Source: Chrysomallon squamiferum (taxonomy: Eukaryota; Animalia; Mollusca). From it: 64,000 nucleotides of DNA. Below the pieces are notes generated by a model that was given only the letters and a program-made list of their open reading frames with translations, did no database searches and was not told the DNA's origin. The stretch spans positions 372,001 through 436,000 of the forward strand of contig CM022676.1 of NCBI GenBank assembly GCA_012295275.1. Direction: 5' to 3'. Positions 1 through 14,228 of this stretch are shown here, piece by piece. Every line of letters starts with the position of its first letter. The first letter of the stretch is position 1. The position numbers and the translations under genes were made by a program.

Positions 1-176
1 TTTGGTCTTTCCAAAGCCGAGAAACAAACACAACTGGCTGAAAAGCTTCCGCATATAATTTACATTAAAAAAATATATATATATTAAGAAAATATTATAA
101 AAATGTCACTGCCAGTTTTAAATTGATTGGGGATGATATATTACAGATTTATTAATTCCTTCATTGTTTCACTTAC

Positions 177-473
177 ATTTCACTGACGTTGCGTTTAGAT
201 ACATAGTTGGACTTTGAGCACTTCCTCTTTCATTTCCTACTGAGCAAAAATAGTTTCCTTCGTCTTCTTGCTGAACGTTAATTATGATCAAGATTAAACC
301 TTTATCATTGTGCTCTGCAATGTAATGATCCCCACTGGTATTAAGTTCTTTTCCATTTTTATTCCAATTGAACGTTTCAATCTGAGGATTAGCCGTAACA
401 TCACAGAACAAAGTGCCGTTAGACTCCAGTGTCAAATGATACTTCGACACAGGTAGCGTGATCTGTGGTGCAG
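177..473 (-). CDS. IgSF gene A, exon 4: I-set Ig domain (D3); gene continues off left edge
   Basis: ttatcag| acceptor, |gtaagt donor, 297 bp, phase 1-1; APQITLP..C-DVTANP..W-NKNG..D-EGNYFC Ig motif. Confidence 0.9.
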
Positions 474-845
474 CTGATAAAATAAATACAAATATAATGT
501 TTGTGTGCGTCTGTGTGTGTTGTGTGTATATGCGTACGTGTGTGTGTTGTGTGTGTATGTTTAAACCGTAAGTCTTTGCCCTTAAGGTCATCGGGGCATT
601 AAGCTGAGGTCGTTTTTTTAGGCCTAAAACATCACGATTTACGATAGGTCCATTAAGATGACCTAAAAATCTTAAGTTTTCCATGCAGTATATACAGTTA
701 CATCAAACATTCTGAACACAGGACAATGCAAAGACTGCCTGACACTGAAACAGCATCAGCCATTAACGCGACCTCAGAATAAAAGAATATAAATAGTATC
801 AGCTTAATGGACGGGTCCTACGGTATCAATGTATGCATGCATACA

Positions 846-1115
846 TCTATCTATCTATCTATCTTCCTAATCTATCTATCTATCTATCTATCTATCTATA
901 TATCTATCTATCTATCTATCTATCTACCTACCTAAATAATCTATCTATCTTCCTAATCTGTCTATCTATCTTCCTAATCTGTCTATCTATCTATCTACCT
1001 ACCTACCTACCTACGTATCTACCTAATCTATCTATCTATCAATCTATCTACCTACCTACCTAATCTATCTATCTATCTATCTATCTACCTAATCTATCTA
1101 TCTACCTGTCTATCT
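846..1115. repeat. (TATC)n/(TACC)n compound tetranucleotide microsatellite
   Basis: Directly visible. Confidence 0.95.
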
Positions 1116-2453
1116 ATACACACACATGTAGGCCCTATACGTCATTAACACACACTCACATTCACGCACACATATGTCTCATTTATATATTTAAATATAA
1201 TTTCTGTTTATATTCTGAAGAAAAATACTGCACAACAAATCGATTTCTTTCAAATCAAATATAAAGGTTACAAGTGACTAAAATTTTAAACAAATGAATA
1301 AGATGTAATGTATTTTCTGACTGATGAATGGTAGGACTAAACCAGATCAAATCTGAGTTTAAGTAAGAGGTCCTGCAAAATGTCCAAAACTGGAATGCCA
1401 AAATATCACTGTTCAGATATCTACAGTGGATAAAAAAAACACCAGGGGACATCTGATGAATAAAGATTAGAACTGAATGTTGGGAGGAGAACAGAATGAC
1501 AATTTGTTGATAATCGAAATGATAACAGCAATGAACTTTGCCTTGCACAGCGTAATCAGTTCCATGGGGTGGAGAATAATTCACAGTTGTATGAATAAAT
1601 ATCAGTAAGCTGCTTTAGTCACTGTCCGTGGACACATCGCAGCTTACAGAAGTGAAATACTGAAACAGCCGAGGTAGCGTAACAACGCCCAGCCTCTTAC
1701 TGTAAGATGTAACTGAAGACACTAACATCAGTACTCTTCCTTCTGGAACAGTAGTTTCAACAATGATTCAAGTGATACAGGATCTACTTGGATCTGGAAT
1801 TACAATTATCGGCATGTTCACACAGAACTCAGTTAAGAGACTGTATTAAATTGCTTGTATTAAATCGTATTATCAGATGCCCAGTTTCGAAATTTCATTT
1901 TATAATGCAAATCATTTTATAATGAAAATAATTTCTTGAGCATAGAAATTCAAGGATGTGTTTTGGTGTTCTGAGGATTTTATTTCTAACTATAACACCA
2001 AAACCACTTTATAGTTTTAAGCATCAGGTCAGTAAAAATTACCTGAATATAATTTCTCATTTATTTATTTACTTTCTTGATGAGAAAAGATGAGTGTAAC
2101 ATTGACAACTGAAGAAAAACAAGGAAGTAAAAAAACATTTACAGAATAATTTGCGGGATGTATATAGTTTATTTGGTTTGCTAGTGTCTTGCTATAATTA
2201 TTTTTGCTTTAATTTTACTCATATTTGAATAACTGGCTCTGAAGATTATTAAATATTGTCTTACAGTTTTAAATTATGCGAATGATTTAGAGATTCACAA
2301 ACACACATTCACACACAAACACACAGAAAGACATTCAAATACGTAACTACATACACATCAGCAGATTCAGGTAGTTCATGTGTAAACATGCAGATATACA
2401 CACATATGATAATAATAACAATAAGTCCAGTAACAGATTTACGCAATACTAAC

Positions 2454-2750
2454 ACATTACAGATAACTTCGTATGGTCTGTCTTTATTACTTTACTGAAC
2501 GAATATTTCCAGTCGCAGTAAATGGTTATACCGTCGTCTTCTGGTTTAAATGTCATAGTTAGCGTGTTAATAGCTGACTTGGTTTCATAGTCACTTGCTG
2601 CCAGGGAAAGAATTCCCTTCACCTTCTTTGTACCGACACGCCAGCTGAGGTCTGCGGGAGGATTTCCTGAATCTGATTCGCATATTAGAGTCGTTTCAGT
2701 TCCTGCCTCCACAACATCTCCAGATGTGATTACTGGGGGACTTGGAGTAA
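2454..2750 (-). CDS. IgSF gene A, exon 3: C2-set (CD80/nephrin-like) Ig domain (D2)
   Basis: ttttcag| and |gttagt, 297 bp, phase 1-1; CESDSGNPPADLSW...PEDDG..YCDW. Confidence 0.9.
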
Positions 2751-3090
2751 CTGAAAAAAACAAGAAATTATAATAATTAGAAACCTCCCTACTCCCAACA
2801 ACCGCCCTCCCAAAAACAATAATAGACAACATATATGTATTATTAAAAATAACACATTTTTTCTGTTAACTATTATGAAATGTAATTTTTTTATAAACTG
2901 TATTATAACAACATCAAATTATCACAGAAAAAAATGTAGGGTAAAAATATATATAAATTTTTTTTTTTTTTTTTTAAATATAATTGCTATAAAAATTACC
3001 AGTTTTAATCAGCTATGAGTTAAAAAAATAAAAAATAAAGAAAAAAAATATATATATAATAATAATTTTTTTTTTTAAATAAAATAAATA

Positions 3091-3152
<62 letters not shown>

Positions 3153-3510
3153 TTAAATAAATAAATAAATAAACAAATTAAAAAATAAAAACAATAAAAA
3201 TATAAAATTGAGCTCGAAGGATACGCTTCAGCAGAAGTGTCTGAGAATTTTTTAAAACTTTGTGTTATTTTGAAATATTGTTTATTTAAATTGTTTAATA
3301 ACTTTATTAATATTTTCTTATGTAATAATTATTAATCTATGATAAAACAGTATTTGTTACATTATTCAGTCATGCTATTTCTTATATATATATAAAACAA
3401 TAAGTTCACATATCTTCATTTTAAGGAAGTTAATAAGAAATGGGTGGATAAGAAAACATAGCAAGTTCCTCAAGATGAACAGACATACAGACAAACAAAA
3501 GCTTACTTAC

Positions 3511-3810
3511 TTTTTATATCTGTGAATACTGGATAGTCGACTGTTTCGTGTTCATATGAAGCAGTGCAGGTTAGTTTTAACATAGGGTTTGTATTCATGC
3601 TTTTTGTAGCGATAAACCAGTAGTGCAGCTCAGTAACAAATATCTGAGACGCTGTCTTGAATGTCACCAGCTTGGTTTGATTGCTAGTGTCCACGTTGTC
3701 CGACCTCGACCATTTCATTGTGACGTAGGCGTGTTTGTTTTTCTCTACACAGCTAATGTCATTTCTTTCTCCTTCCAAAATTGTGCCTATTAACACTTGT
3801 AACGGCTGTA
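3511..3810 (-). CDS. IgSF gene A, exon 2: N-terminal divergent Ig-like domain (D1)
   Basis: tttcag| and |gtaagt, 300 bp, phase 1-1; ISC..MKW..VTEL.Y.F..MN..P..LTC, shared with D1 of B, E and F. Confidence 0.85.
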
Positions 3811-4043
3811 CTGAAACAGTAAACAGAGAAACAAATTGTGTAGTGTTTAAAGAGAGCAGTGTGAATCATATACATAGCAAAACTGAAATCTCTGTCACGT
3901 TTAATTATCGTTTGTTTGTTAAATAAAAGTTATGTATAATGAAATCTGTATGATGGTTAGCTAAAAAAGACTTCTCAAGATTTTATGGAGAAAGTGGGTC
4001 AGTTTGTTTGTTTCACTCATAAATAATGTTTTAAAATACTTAC

Positions 4044-4119
4044 AGTATGTTGTCGCAGTTTTAGCAGAAGAAATACTCAAAGAAATAGTCAAAAATGTAA
4101 GAAAATATGTCCCTTTCAT
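4044..4119 (-). CDS. IgSF gene A, signal-peptide exon
   Basis: MKGTYFLTFLTISLSISSAKTATTY + phase-1 |gtaagt donor; an acceptor just upstream implies a non-coding first exon. Confidence 0.8.
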
Positions 4120-4159
4120 TCTCCACCTATAAATACCTGATTTTAAAAATAAAATAGTT

Positions 4160-4226
<67 letters not shown>

Positions 4227-5402
4227 GTAGTGATAGTTGTAGTAGTAGTAGTAGTAGTCCAAACACCACTATTTTTGGTCCGCTATGCTGACCTATTTTA
4301 TAACTTTCGAAAGCATGACGTTTTTGTTGTTGTTGTTCTGCAACTTCTGTCTGAATAAAAACATCAAGATGGAATATTTGAAATCTTATTTTTCTGTTTA
4401 TTGCATGAATGTTACCGTGTACTGTAACAAAAACAGAAGTTTAGTCTCAGTCGGAAATACCTTGGGTTACGTTTTTTTTCCCTCCGAATGTGTTTCGCGA
4501 ACATTGTTCATAAACTACTCTATGACTTTTCTCCATATAAATAGCCTCAACCAAACAAAAGGTCAGTATCTTAGTCTCGTTTGTTTGTCCAGTATTAGGA
4601 TCCGAAAAAGGAAGAAAATTTTGATGAAAAACCTTTGCAAAGGCTCTTGACTATTTTAAGCAACAGACGCCTTTCACACTATAACACGACAAAGAACACT
4701 ATTAAACCTTTCAAAAACGGTGGAATTGAAGCTCGTCGCAGCTTCACGATGATTTGCTCGAGCTAGGAGAGAGTCATTTTTTTTAACTATTCACCGCTCG
4801 AGTCAAAAAGTGACTGGCCTAGCTGATTCTCCGCAACCTGAATCTCCTGAATTCTCTTGAAGATTCTGTTGGATAGTGTGACATATCAGGGGGAAAAAAA
4901 GTCGTAGCTATGGAACTATTGTACTGACAACTTTGAATTTTTTAATCACTGAAATCAGGTTAAAATGAGGTACGGTTATAGTTAGGAGTTCACCTTGTAT
5001 TTTCCAGAATGAAAATCTCTTTTGCGTCTCTACTACTACTACTACTACTACTACTCTTATTATTATTATTATTATTAATTTTACAAAAACGATAATAATA
5101 TAAATAATAATAATGATAATGATGATACCAGTAGCAACAACAACAACAGCAACAACAATAATAATAATACGATGTCATCCTCTTATTCATTACAATGTGT
5201 CTAAACTATTAAAGGAAAAGAATACCTCCAGTATAAATCTTTCTTGGGATCTGTCCTGAAATCTAGGAGCAAGCGTGGATAAGCCTGTACGAAACCTAAA
5301 ATTAATACAAAAGCGTGATGCCATTTAACAACTTTGAAACTTGAACCATTTTTTATATGTACTTTAAAGTATTTTGTGAATTGTATCTAAGTACAAAGAA
5401 AA

Positions 5403-5472
<70 letters not shown>

Positions 5473-6630
5473 TATTTGAAGCCCGATGGTGGCTTAAGTA
5501 GCAAAACTGATCAACTTTCACCGACAGATAGTTTGTTAAACCTAAGTAGCGTGAGTTGGCAAACTGAGGATGTTACTTTTTAAAAGATTGCAGATTTATA
5601 TTATTATTAGTAGTAGTAGTAATAGTAGTTGTAGCAGTAGTACTATTTATTTATTTTGATATAATACAGCAATATATATATATATATATATATATGGCCG
5701 TAACTTGACTCTTTGAAATGAGGCAAAAAAACATTTAATCGTAAGCGGAGCGGGGAAAAACATTTGGGTCTGGTGGCCGCCTATTGAAATATACAAAATC
5801 CTCGATTCTAGCCGTTTATATTTTATATTTTTTTAATTATTTATATATATATATATATATAAATTACAAAATAAAATAATAAATAAATAAATCGTCAATT
5901 TCGGTCTATAAGGACAATTGCTTCATTTGTCTCAATGCAAATACGGCCATATATACTTCTTTTCTATTTTTTTTCTATTTTGTATTTTGTTGTTGTTTTT
6001 TTTTTTTTTTTTTTTTTTTTTTACAGCCTCAATGCAAGTAATATTTTGGCAGATGGTCCGACGAAGAGAGTGTACACAATGTGTCAACCCATCAAACTAA
6101 TACGTGTTATGGAAAACATCTTTCTGATTTTTAAAGTAATGCTAACGATATAAGAAAATAATAACATGCACTAGATGCACTATTTTAATGATATAATTAC
6201 TCTCAGGCATTTATAATAATAACAATAATAATAAATAAAAAGTAATTAATTTTAGAAAGTAACTGTCAGTTTTAGAAAAGTCGTAGCTATGGAACTATTT
6301 TACTGATAACTTTGAATTTATAAGCAAAAATAGACTGACATTTGACGTTTAATCCATTACACTATCGGCTGCCATATGACGTTATAAAAACTATATTTAA
6401 ACCAAACCACAAATGTTAGCCATTAGGTCCTACTAACCAGTCGTAATGTGTAGTCAATTTCTTACTCAATAAAATAGGGCAAAAATCTGATACAGCCTAT
6501 CTGAAAATTATCAGATATATATCTACATATTAATTAAAGAAGCAACATCTTTTCTGGACATTTACATGACTCTGAAAAAACAAAAGTTCAGAATATGTTA
6601 TTATTAATATTGCGATTACTCAATTTTGCT

Positions 6631-9600
6631 GGACTTCCGGTTAAGATAATGTGGTCGATGGTTGTGGTTTTTTTTGTTGTTACTCTCAGTAATTTGAATA
6701 TTTAAGGGGAGGTAATTTAAAGCTACTGGTTTGTGTGATCAAAAGGCGGAAGCCTCAAACGTCACATTTAAATGTCAGGAGAGGGCGACAGCGGACTTTG
6801 GACTGACGTAGAGAATACAACAAAGGCAAGGTATGGTGAGAATTTGTTAAAAAAGAAAAAAAAAGAGTGGCGCAATATTCATTTTTGGGAGAGATGATGT
6901 TAATAATGACTGATTTACTTATTGATGCAGTTGGAAAACTTTGGGGAGAAAATTGCTGTTATGCGTTGATACCAAAGTGGAAATAACTTAGGAAATAACA
7001 TTATGATCATCAGGTGAAGATTGTTTACAGATTATTAGAAATACAAAAACGTTGATTTTGATGTGAAACCTAATACATTTGGCCAGTTACATTACTTATG
7101 AAGAAATAACAGAACAAATTTAAAGTTATGGATGGGTTATTCTGTCACCAATACATAGACAATTTCTGAAAGATAAACCAACAATTACTCACAAGATATT
7201 TTAGAGTAAAATCGTTACCTTAATCTATAAAATTTGACTCAACATCTTCAGTGTGATTCATGATGGTCAAATAAGATTACCTTATTTTTGTAATAGTCTA
7301 GACCATCTAATTAGACAATGCCTTGTGATATGCAAGAGATGCAAGTTAAAGGGACACATGAGATTTGATTGCAGAAAAGAAAAATGTTCAGCCTGTAAAA
7401 ATTGGTTGTATGAATGTGCATGTAAAGTAGAATAAATTAATGACGATTATGATGGCAATATAAATATGGACAGTGAAGAGATGGAATCAGGTATGAATGA
7501 ACATGAAGAAACAAAAGAAAGCAGTGAAGAAAACTTGAAATATGAATTTCTGCATGAGGAAACAATAGATGAAGAGCAAGTAGTAGAAGTAACAGATAGT
7601 ACTATGGATGAAGAACATTCACAGGAAACAGAAGAAAATAATTCTCCCAGTAAAAACAAAGTTAATGAAAACAGTGATAATGATGTTGTTGTAGATGAGA
7701 ATATTGTCTTAAACATTAAAATTGACAAATGTCAATCTCCAGTAATTATTGTCATGTCTTTACTTCTTCTATCATTTAATGTTAATTGTTTAAGAGATAA
7801 AAATAATTTTTTATCTTCATTTCTGGAAAGAAATTGGTCCCTTATATTTTAAATTTGTTAAAAATATTGAAGGTATGAGTGAATTATCAAGAAATATGAA
7901 GAGCTGTTATTTCATTATTTTTGAAAAAATAAAGGTGATAAACTATTTTTAAAAAATTGGAGGTAAATTTGTCTACTTGATATAGATTATAGACTCATAG
8001 CCAGAGTTTTAACATTAAAAACTAAATTAACTCTTGATACAGTTATATCTCCAGAACAAACATGTTCTAATCCTGGTAGAGATATATCAGAAAATATTGC
8101 AGAGATGTTATAAATTACAGCGAATATGAGAGTAGACCTTTATATTTACTGAATATTGATTTGGAGAAAGCATTTAGTGGAATGTCACATGAATTTTTGT
8201 TTAGTGTTTTGAGAAAATTTGTTAAATTGGATCAAAATATTATAGAAAGATATATCAAGTACTGTTAAGTGTAATGGCCATTTATCTAAATTCTTTAAAA
8301 TAGAAAGTTCTGTTAGTCAAGGTTGTCCGACTTCTGCTGTTTTGTCACAGAAGTTTAAATATTTTAAAGTGCTAGGTGTGTTTCTCAGTCCAAACAGAGA
8401 AAGGTGTCACATTTATAACTGACAAGAGAAATGAAATCAAGTAGAAAGTATTTTGAATGTGTGGAAAATGAATAAATTAACATTACATGGTAGGTCTGAA
8501 GTTATCAATACACTTTTAGTATCATAAATTTTGTACATTTTAAATGCACAAGTAATTCCAGAATGGTTAGAAATAAAATTAAACAAATTAATTTTTGATT
8601 TTGTATGGGATGAACAATTATTTCAAATAAAATATAGCACAATAACTGGAAAAGCTAATAAAGATCTTAATTTAGCAAATACTGACTTGAAAAGACAAGC
8701 TTTTAGATTAAAATGGTTAAAAAAATATTTTTAATCAAAAATGGGTATCTGTATGGAAAGACTTACTCACTTATTTTCTTTTATGATATAGTAACATGCA
8801 GCAGAAAGAAATTGTGTATATTCTGAAACATGACAAATGAGATTTATGTTCACTACCTCCAGTTCATGCTAAACTGTTATTAGCATTTAACAATATAAGT
8901 GAAAATCAAAGACTTGAGCCAACTATGACAGAATAAATACTTAAGTAACCATTGTTTAATAATGATTCAATAAGGTTAAATAATAAATTAATCAAATGTG
9001 ATATATAAATATATATTAAATCTGGTGTGTGTACAATTTATGACACAGTTTATTGTTATTCTACAGGATTCTTACTATGTCAAGCCATTACTGAAAGGAT
9101 ACATGAAATTTTCAACAAATTAAAGAAAAAATAAATTTCAAATATCTAGTTTTATTTTACTAGCCATACCACAAGAATGGAGAAATATAATAGAAGTTGA
9201 AATGCTTGATAAAAGAAAAATGTCTTTTGAAATCCTTTATCTTTTAGAAATGGAAATAATATAGTAACAACCACAGTTTTTACTTCTACATACAGGTTTT
9301 CAAAAGCCTACATCTTTAAAATTTTGGAAACATTAGGATATAATGTGGATATGGAAAAAATATGGGTAAATATTAATTCAAATTATAAAACTAATGTTAG
9401 TAGTGAGCTAGATTTTAAATTGGCACATACTATTTTGTGGACTAAAAATGCATTATTTAAAATTGGAAAATGTTCAGTATGTGGCTTTTTGACAGAAAAT
9501 ATCAACATTGGTTTTGAGACTGCCTTAGACTGATTCCCTTGTTTAAACATGTATCTAACATTAACATTTTTCTTCAAAAACAAAGGTTTTAGTCTAGAAG

Positions 9601-9910
9601 AATTAAAATTGTGAACATTATTTGGTTACAATAATAATGATTCACATGCCAGATTTCTTCAGTTATGTTTTTCAGCTGTAAGACTGACCATTTACAAACG
9701 TAGAAATATTTTATTAGACTGTGTTATTTTGTTTGACAGAATATTTAATAAAATGCTAAATACTCTTTACGTACAGGTCTTTCTCAACAGAGAAAGACAG
9801 AGGATACATGGGTGTGTTTGCGCAGGTGTGAGAGAGATGTTATAACATAATTAATAACAGTCAAACTGTTAACTGTAACAAAAGAGAAATGAAATTAAAA
9901 AAAGGTTAAA
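6631..9910 (+). mobile_element. Decayed non-LTR retrotransposon, L1/Tx1 clade (ORF1 zinc knuckles + internally deleted EN/RT ORF2)
   Basis: CCHC-like knuckles (CKRCKLKGHMRFDC) and acidic tract; EN start MSLLLLSFNVNCLRD; RT remnants PEQTCSNPGR, IDLEKAFSGMSHEFLF, SQGCPTS, KLIFDFVW; A-rich 3' tail; many stops and frameshifts. Confidence 0.85.
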
Positions 9911-10968
9911 AAAAAATACAAAAAAATAATAATACAAAAAAATAATAAAAAAATAAATTAAAAATTAACTAATAAGAGGGGGAAAAAATAATGATGAAGA
10001 AATGATTAATATGATTATAATGATTATAACAGTATTTTATATTTTCAAAATTTTTGTCATTAATTAATCACAACTTCTGCAGTTTATAATAATAATAATT
10101 ATATTCTTCATATTTCTCAAACATCCATGTTACCGTATAAGATCAAGTCGAACATTTGTATTGAAATAATGATAACATTACGTATATAAATTTATTAACA
10201 ACTCTCTCACACACGCATGTACACACACACAGAAAGACATGTTTGTGGACAAAAATGTAACATTTTCAATATATTATTCTAATAACAAGAAAAGAATATG
10301 TTTATGTGTCAGTGTGTGTGTGTGTCCTTAGCACAGAAGTACACTCGTTATAACACAAGTTCAGCACTACTGTTTAGTTAGATACGTTAATAGACTTTGA
10401 ACATTTTCAAACAGCACCACATATTTCTTTATACAATCTCTTTTGCCTTCCTCCTGAAAAAACAAAACATTAATAATGAAACTTTGGTGTGTGTATATAT
10501 ATATGAAGATAGATAGAAAAATAGAAAGATGTATATAGATACAGCACACATATAGAAAAAGATAAATTTAATAAGTATTTAACAATCTTTAAGTACAAAT
10601 TTTACTAACTTAAAATTATAATTAAAAAACTAAATCATAGAGAAAAGTTATCTTAAATTGTATAAAATATGTGCATATTTTAAGAAATCACTTTTGCTCA
10701 GTGTTTGATATATTTTCTGTAATTATAAACTTTACTCAGATAAAAAAATTCTGTGTTCCTCATTTCATAACTAAAATATTAATATGATTTAAAATTACAA
10801 GTAATAAAAATTCAAGAAAAAGGGAAAAGAAATAGCAGTAACAATAAAGTTTAACATCTGAAAAATATATATTGCACTCTTTGCAGATAAAAATATATAC
10901 ACAAATAGAAACAAACACAAGCACACACACACACAGCCACAAATGTACACATGCATATAAAGAGGATT

Positions 10969-11096
10969 TTAAAAAGTTGCTGACTTCTTATTGAGAATGG
11001 CATAGATGACGGTGGCAGACAGAAACAATGTGGCACTAGCTACTGGCAGAAAGACAGATGATGACCTGTTACTGACTCCAGATTGAAGAGATCTAC
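10969..11096 (-). CDS. IgSF gene B, exon 10: stalk + transmembrane helix + short tail + stop
   Basis: ttttgcag| phase 1; GRSLQSGVSNRSSSVFLPVASATLFLSATVIYAILNKKSATF*; absent from the ORF track in this frame. Confidence 0.8.
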
Positions 11097-11695
11097 CTGC
11101 AAAACAAAACAAACCAAACAAAAACATATAACAAACACAAATATTAAAAAGTTCAAGTTAAACATTCAGTTTGATTACTATATATAAAAAATAAATATAA
11201 GTATTAGAAACACAGTAAAACAAACATTCATTAATTCTGATAACAAACCATATGTAAATAAAATTATATAATATTATTTGAAAAAAAAAATTAAAAAAAA
11301 ATTATTTCATTTTTTTTAACAAACTATGTAAAGAAAATGCAAAAACAATATAGTAAACAAATATTTGTTTTGATCACAAGCTGTGATAAATAAATTTATG
11401 ATAAATATTATCAAAAATATAATTAAACAAAAATGAATACTAATTTATTCTTATAATAAGATACAACATATAATTAAGACTATAGCAAATCTTAATATCA
11501 CAATAATTTGTACAATATTAATTTTTTTTTAATAACAAGAACAAAAAATATATGTGTATAATAACATGCACACACACACGTATGTATGTACGTATTTGTG
11601 TATGTATATATATATGTATTACACAACAAACAAGCCACTTATTTGGTGACAAAGCATTCTCTTATTTTAACAAAATCCTAACTGAAAGATATAAC

Positions 11696-11950
11696 CTTTG
11701 TTCAGTTGTAAGTTGATAGCCATTTCCTGCCAGATTCCCTCTGGGTTCACTGCTTGACACAAGTATACACCCACTGTAGTGCTGGATACTGTAATATTAA
11801 GATTCTTTGACGTTACATTTAACTTCTGGTTTTGATATTTCCACGAGAAGTTTGCAGAGGATGCTGAGTCTGTGACAGAACAGTTGAGAACCAAGTTTTC
11901 TCCTTCAGCAGCTGCTAGAACAGTTTTCTGTACTCTTCTAGTACTGTTTG
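11696..11950 (-). CDS. IgSF gene B, exon 9: short Ig domain (D8)
   Basis: EGENLVLNCSV..FSWKY..GVYLCQAVN; 255 bp, phase 1-1; weak taag| and |gttata sites, so boundaries less certain. Confidence 0.75.
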
Positions 11951-12010
11951 CTTAATGTAGTAATCAGAGAAATATTATTATCATCATTATTATTAATTTT
12001 ATTATTATTA

Positions 12011-12057
<47 letters not shown>

Positions 12058-12289
12058 CTTTTTAATTTATTTAAAGATCTTTTATTTATTAATTTCTTAA
12101 AATATATTTATCTCTCTATCTGTGTGCTTGCTACTCTCTCTATCCACTAACCCACCTATCAAAAAGTGTCCTTCCACCTTTGTGAAATTTTTCATTAGAA
12201 ATTATCATTAAATCAAATGGGAAATGTGTTTTAGGCTAGTCCGACTACTGACAATTGTTAAAAACTTTAAACCTGATCTCTCTAGACAA

Positions 12290-12331
<42 letters not shown>

Positions 12332-12389
12332 GGATGGATGGATGGATGGGTAGACAGATGAAACTATAATATGTCTAAAAGAAACATAC

Positions 12390-12644
12390 TTCTGTATGTC
12401 AGTGTTATGTTGACTGGATTAGAAGTGCCCATGCTGTTAGTTGCTGAACATGAGTAATGTCCAAACGATGATACAGAGACATTTATTTTAAGATGCTGTT
12501 TTGTGTTTTTCAAAATCTTCTTTTCAAACCTCCACCTGAAGTGGTAAGCTTTTGGACTGGCTTTGACAGGACAACTGAGAATAACAGATTCTCCAACTAG
12601 TGCTTTAATCTCTACTGTGTCATTCCTTGTAGCTTTAGGAATAT
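12390..12644 (-). CDS. IgSF gene B, exon 8: short Ig domain (D7)
   Basis: Hand-translated IPKATRNDTVEIKALVGESVILSCPVKASPKAYHFRWRF..FGHYSCSATNSMG; 255 bp, |gtatgt donor; missed by the ORF track. Confidence 0.85.
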
Positions 12645-12879
12645 CTTTTTATTATGTCGAAAAAAAGAACATTTAAAAAATATTTTACAACACATAATTA
12701 TTATTGTTGTAGTTGCTGCTGCTGTTAATGTTGTTTGTTGTTAATAAACATGAATAAAAGCAGATAACTAATACATGATGTTTTTGTAAATTTTATGAAG
12801 CTGAGTGTGTTTATAAGATCTGAATAAATTGTGTAAGAGATAGGGAGATAGCGATAGCTATAGATAAATATTTAAATAT

Positions 12880-12955
<76 letters not shown>

Positions 12956-13141
12956 CAACCATCACAGGGAGGCAGAGTGGGAGAGAGAGACAGACAGAGA
13001 AATAAAGACAGAAAGATAGAGAGTGATAAAGGTAAACAAATAGAGAGTGAGAGACCAACCATTAGACAGAGGCAGAGTGACTGGGAGAGAGAGACAGAGC
13101 AATAGATGGAAAGTTAAAAATAAATAAATAAGAATACTCAC

Positions 13142-13432
13142 ATCTAACTCTGATGATTGTTTTTGTCTGACTGGAACCTTCATCATTGGCAGCCTGACAG
13201 AGGTAATTCCCAGTATCGCTTGAACTGATGTTTGTGATAGTCATTGCTGAGTGGATTAGTGGATTATCAGATGACCAGCGGGTAGACTTGAGCACTGTAC
13301 TGGTCATTCCTTGCTTTCTAATCCAAGTAACAGACTGTACATGAGGATAGGCCTGCAATGCACAGTTAATGTGTACTGTTTTCCCTTCAGTGACTCGAAC
13401 GATGGTCGGAAACACAGACACTATTGGAGGAT
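13142..13432 (-). CDS. IgSF gene B, exon 7: I-set Ig domain (D6)
   Basis: ttgtag| and |gtgagt, 291 bp; PPIVSVFP..C..W..DTGNYLC. Confidence 0.9.
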
Positions 13433-14228
13433 CTACAAGATAAAGAAACAACAATATAAACATAGAAAATTCCAAATACTTAACACTCTCTCTGATTATC
13501 TCATTATTTTGTAATTAATGAAAAATTTGAATAAGAAAAATAATAATAATAATAGTTGGTGTTTTTTTTAGAAGGTAAAAATTAATAAATCTTCTTGCTG
13601 GTTGTTACACATTTCTAAGGAAGTATGCAATTACAATTTTGAGAAAAAACTTCATCTGTTTACAAATATTGTATTTTTATCATTACCATTTTCTTCTGCA
13701 TTTAGTTTGTTTTCTTAAAAGTGAATTTACATGGCCAAAATAGACTAACCATAAATGAGTTTGAGAATACAAGTGAAAATAATTTTACCACTTCCCAAAA
13801 TTATGAAATATATTATCATATTTACACTGCTAGAAATGTCTAGAAACAATCTGACTGTAGGGCTCAATACTTAACATTGTGGCAACCTCTGCATTAATAA
13901 GAAAAACATAGTAATCACATACAAATGTTTGGAGAAAACCTCCAAACAAGATTTTAATTTGGAACTGATCAGGCTAGACATGGTGATAAAATCCAGAGTA
14001 AATTGATGATTCATTTATAAGAAAAGTTGAAGTTCATACATAGGAAACATATAGGGCTACTAATCAGTGTAAAGGATGATAAAATTAAAAAGACTAACAT
14101 AATTGTTATTTTCCTCCATATCCCTCTTATTTTCAAAAAAACAAAGAAGTAAAAAGTAAATATATATATATATATATTTTAATTTTACTTTTGTCTTTCT
14201 TTCTTTAATGCAGTATTAATTCACTTAC

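Noticed and set aside
833-1063. ORF-track ORFs over microsatellites (YLSI, SLSL, ERER, IIII, CVCV types throughout)
   Set aside because: Translations of simple repeats, with no splice or protein evidence
1255-1850. Possible decayed Ig exon in gene A intron (..VETTVPEGRVLMLVSS..)
   Set aside because: Contains stops and lacks the Cys/Trp pattern and splice sites; more likely an unidentified repeat relic
10367-10453. Possible Tyr-containing cytoplasmic exon of B / ITIM
   Set aside because: B's TM exon already reaches a stop with no good in-phase donor, and KKYVVL does not match the ITIM consensus
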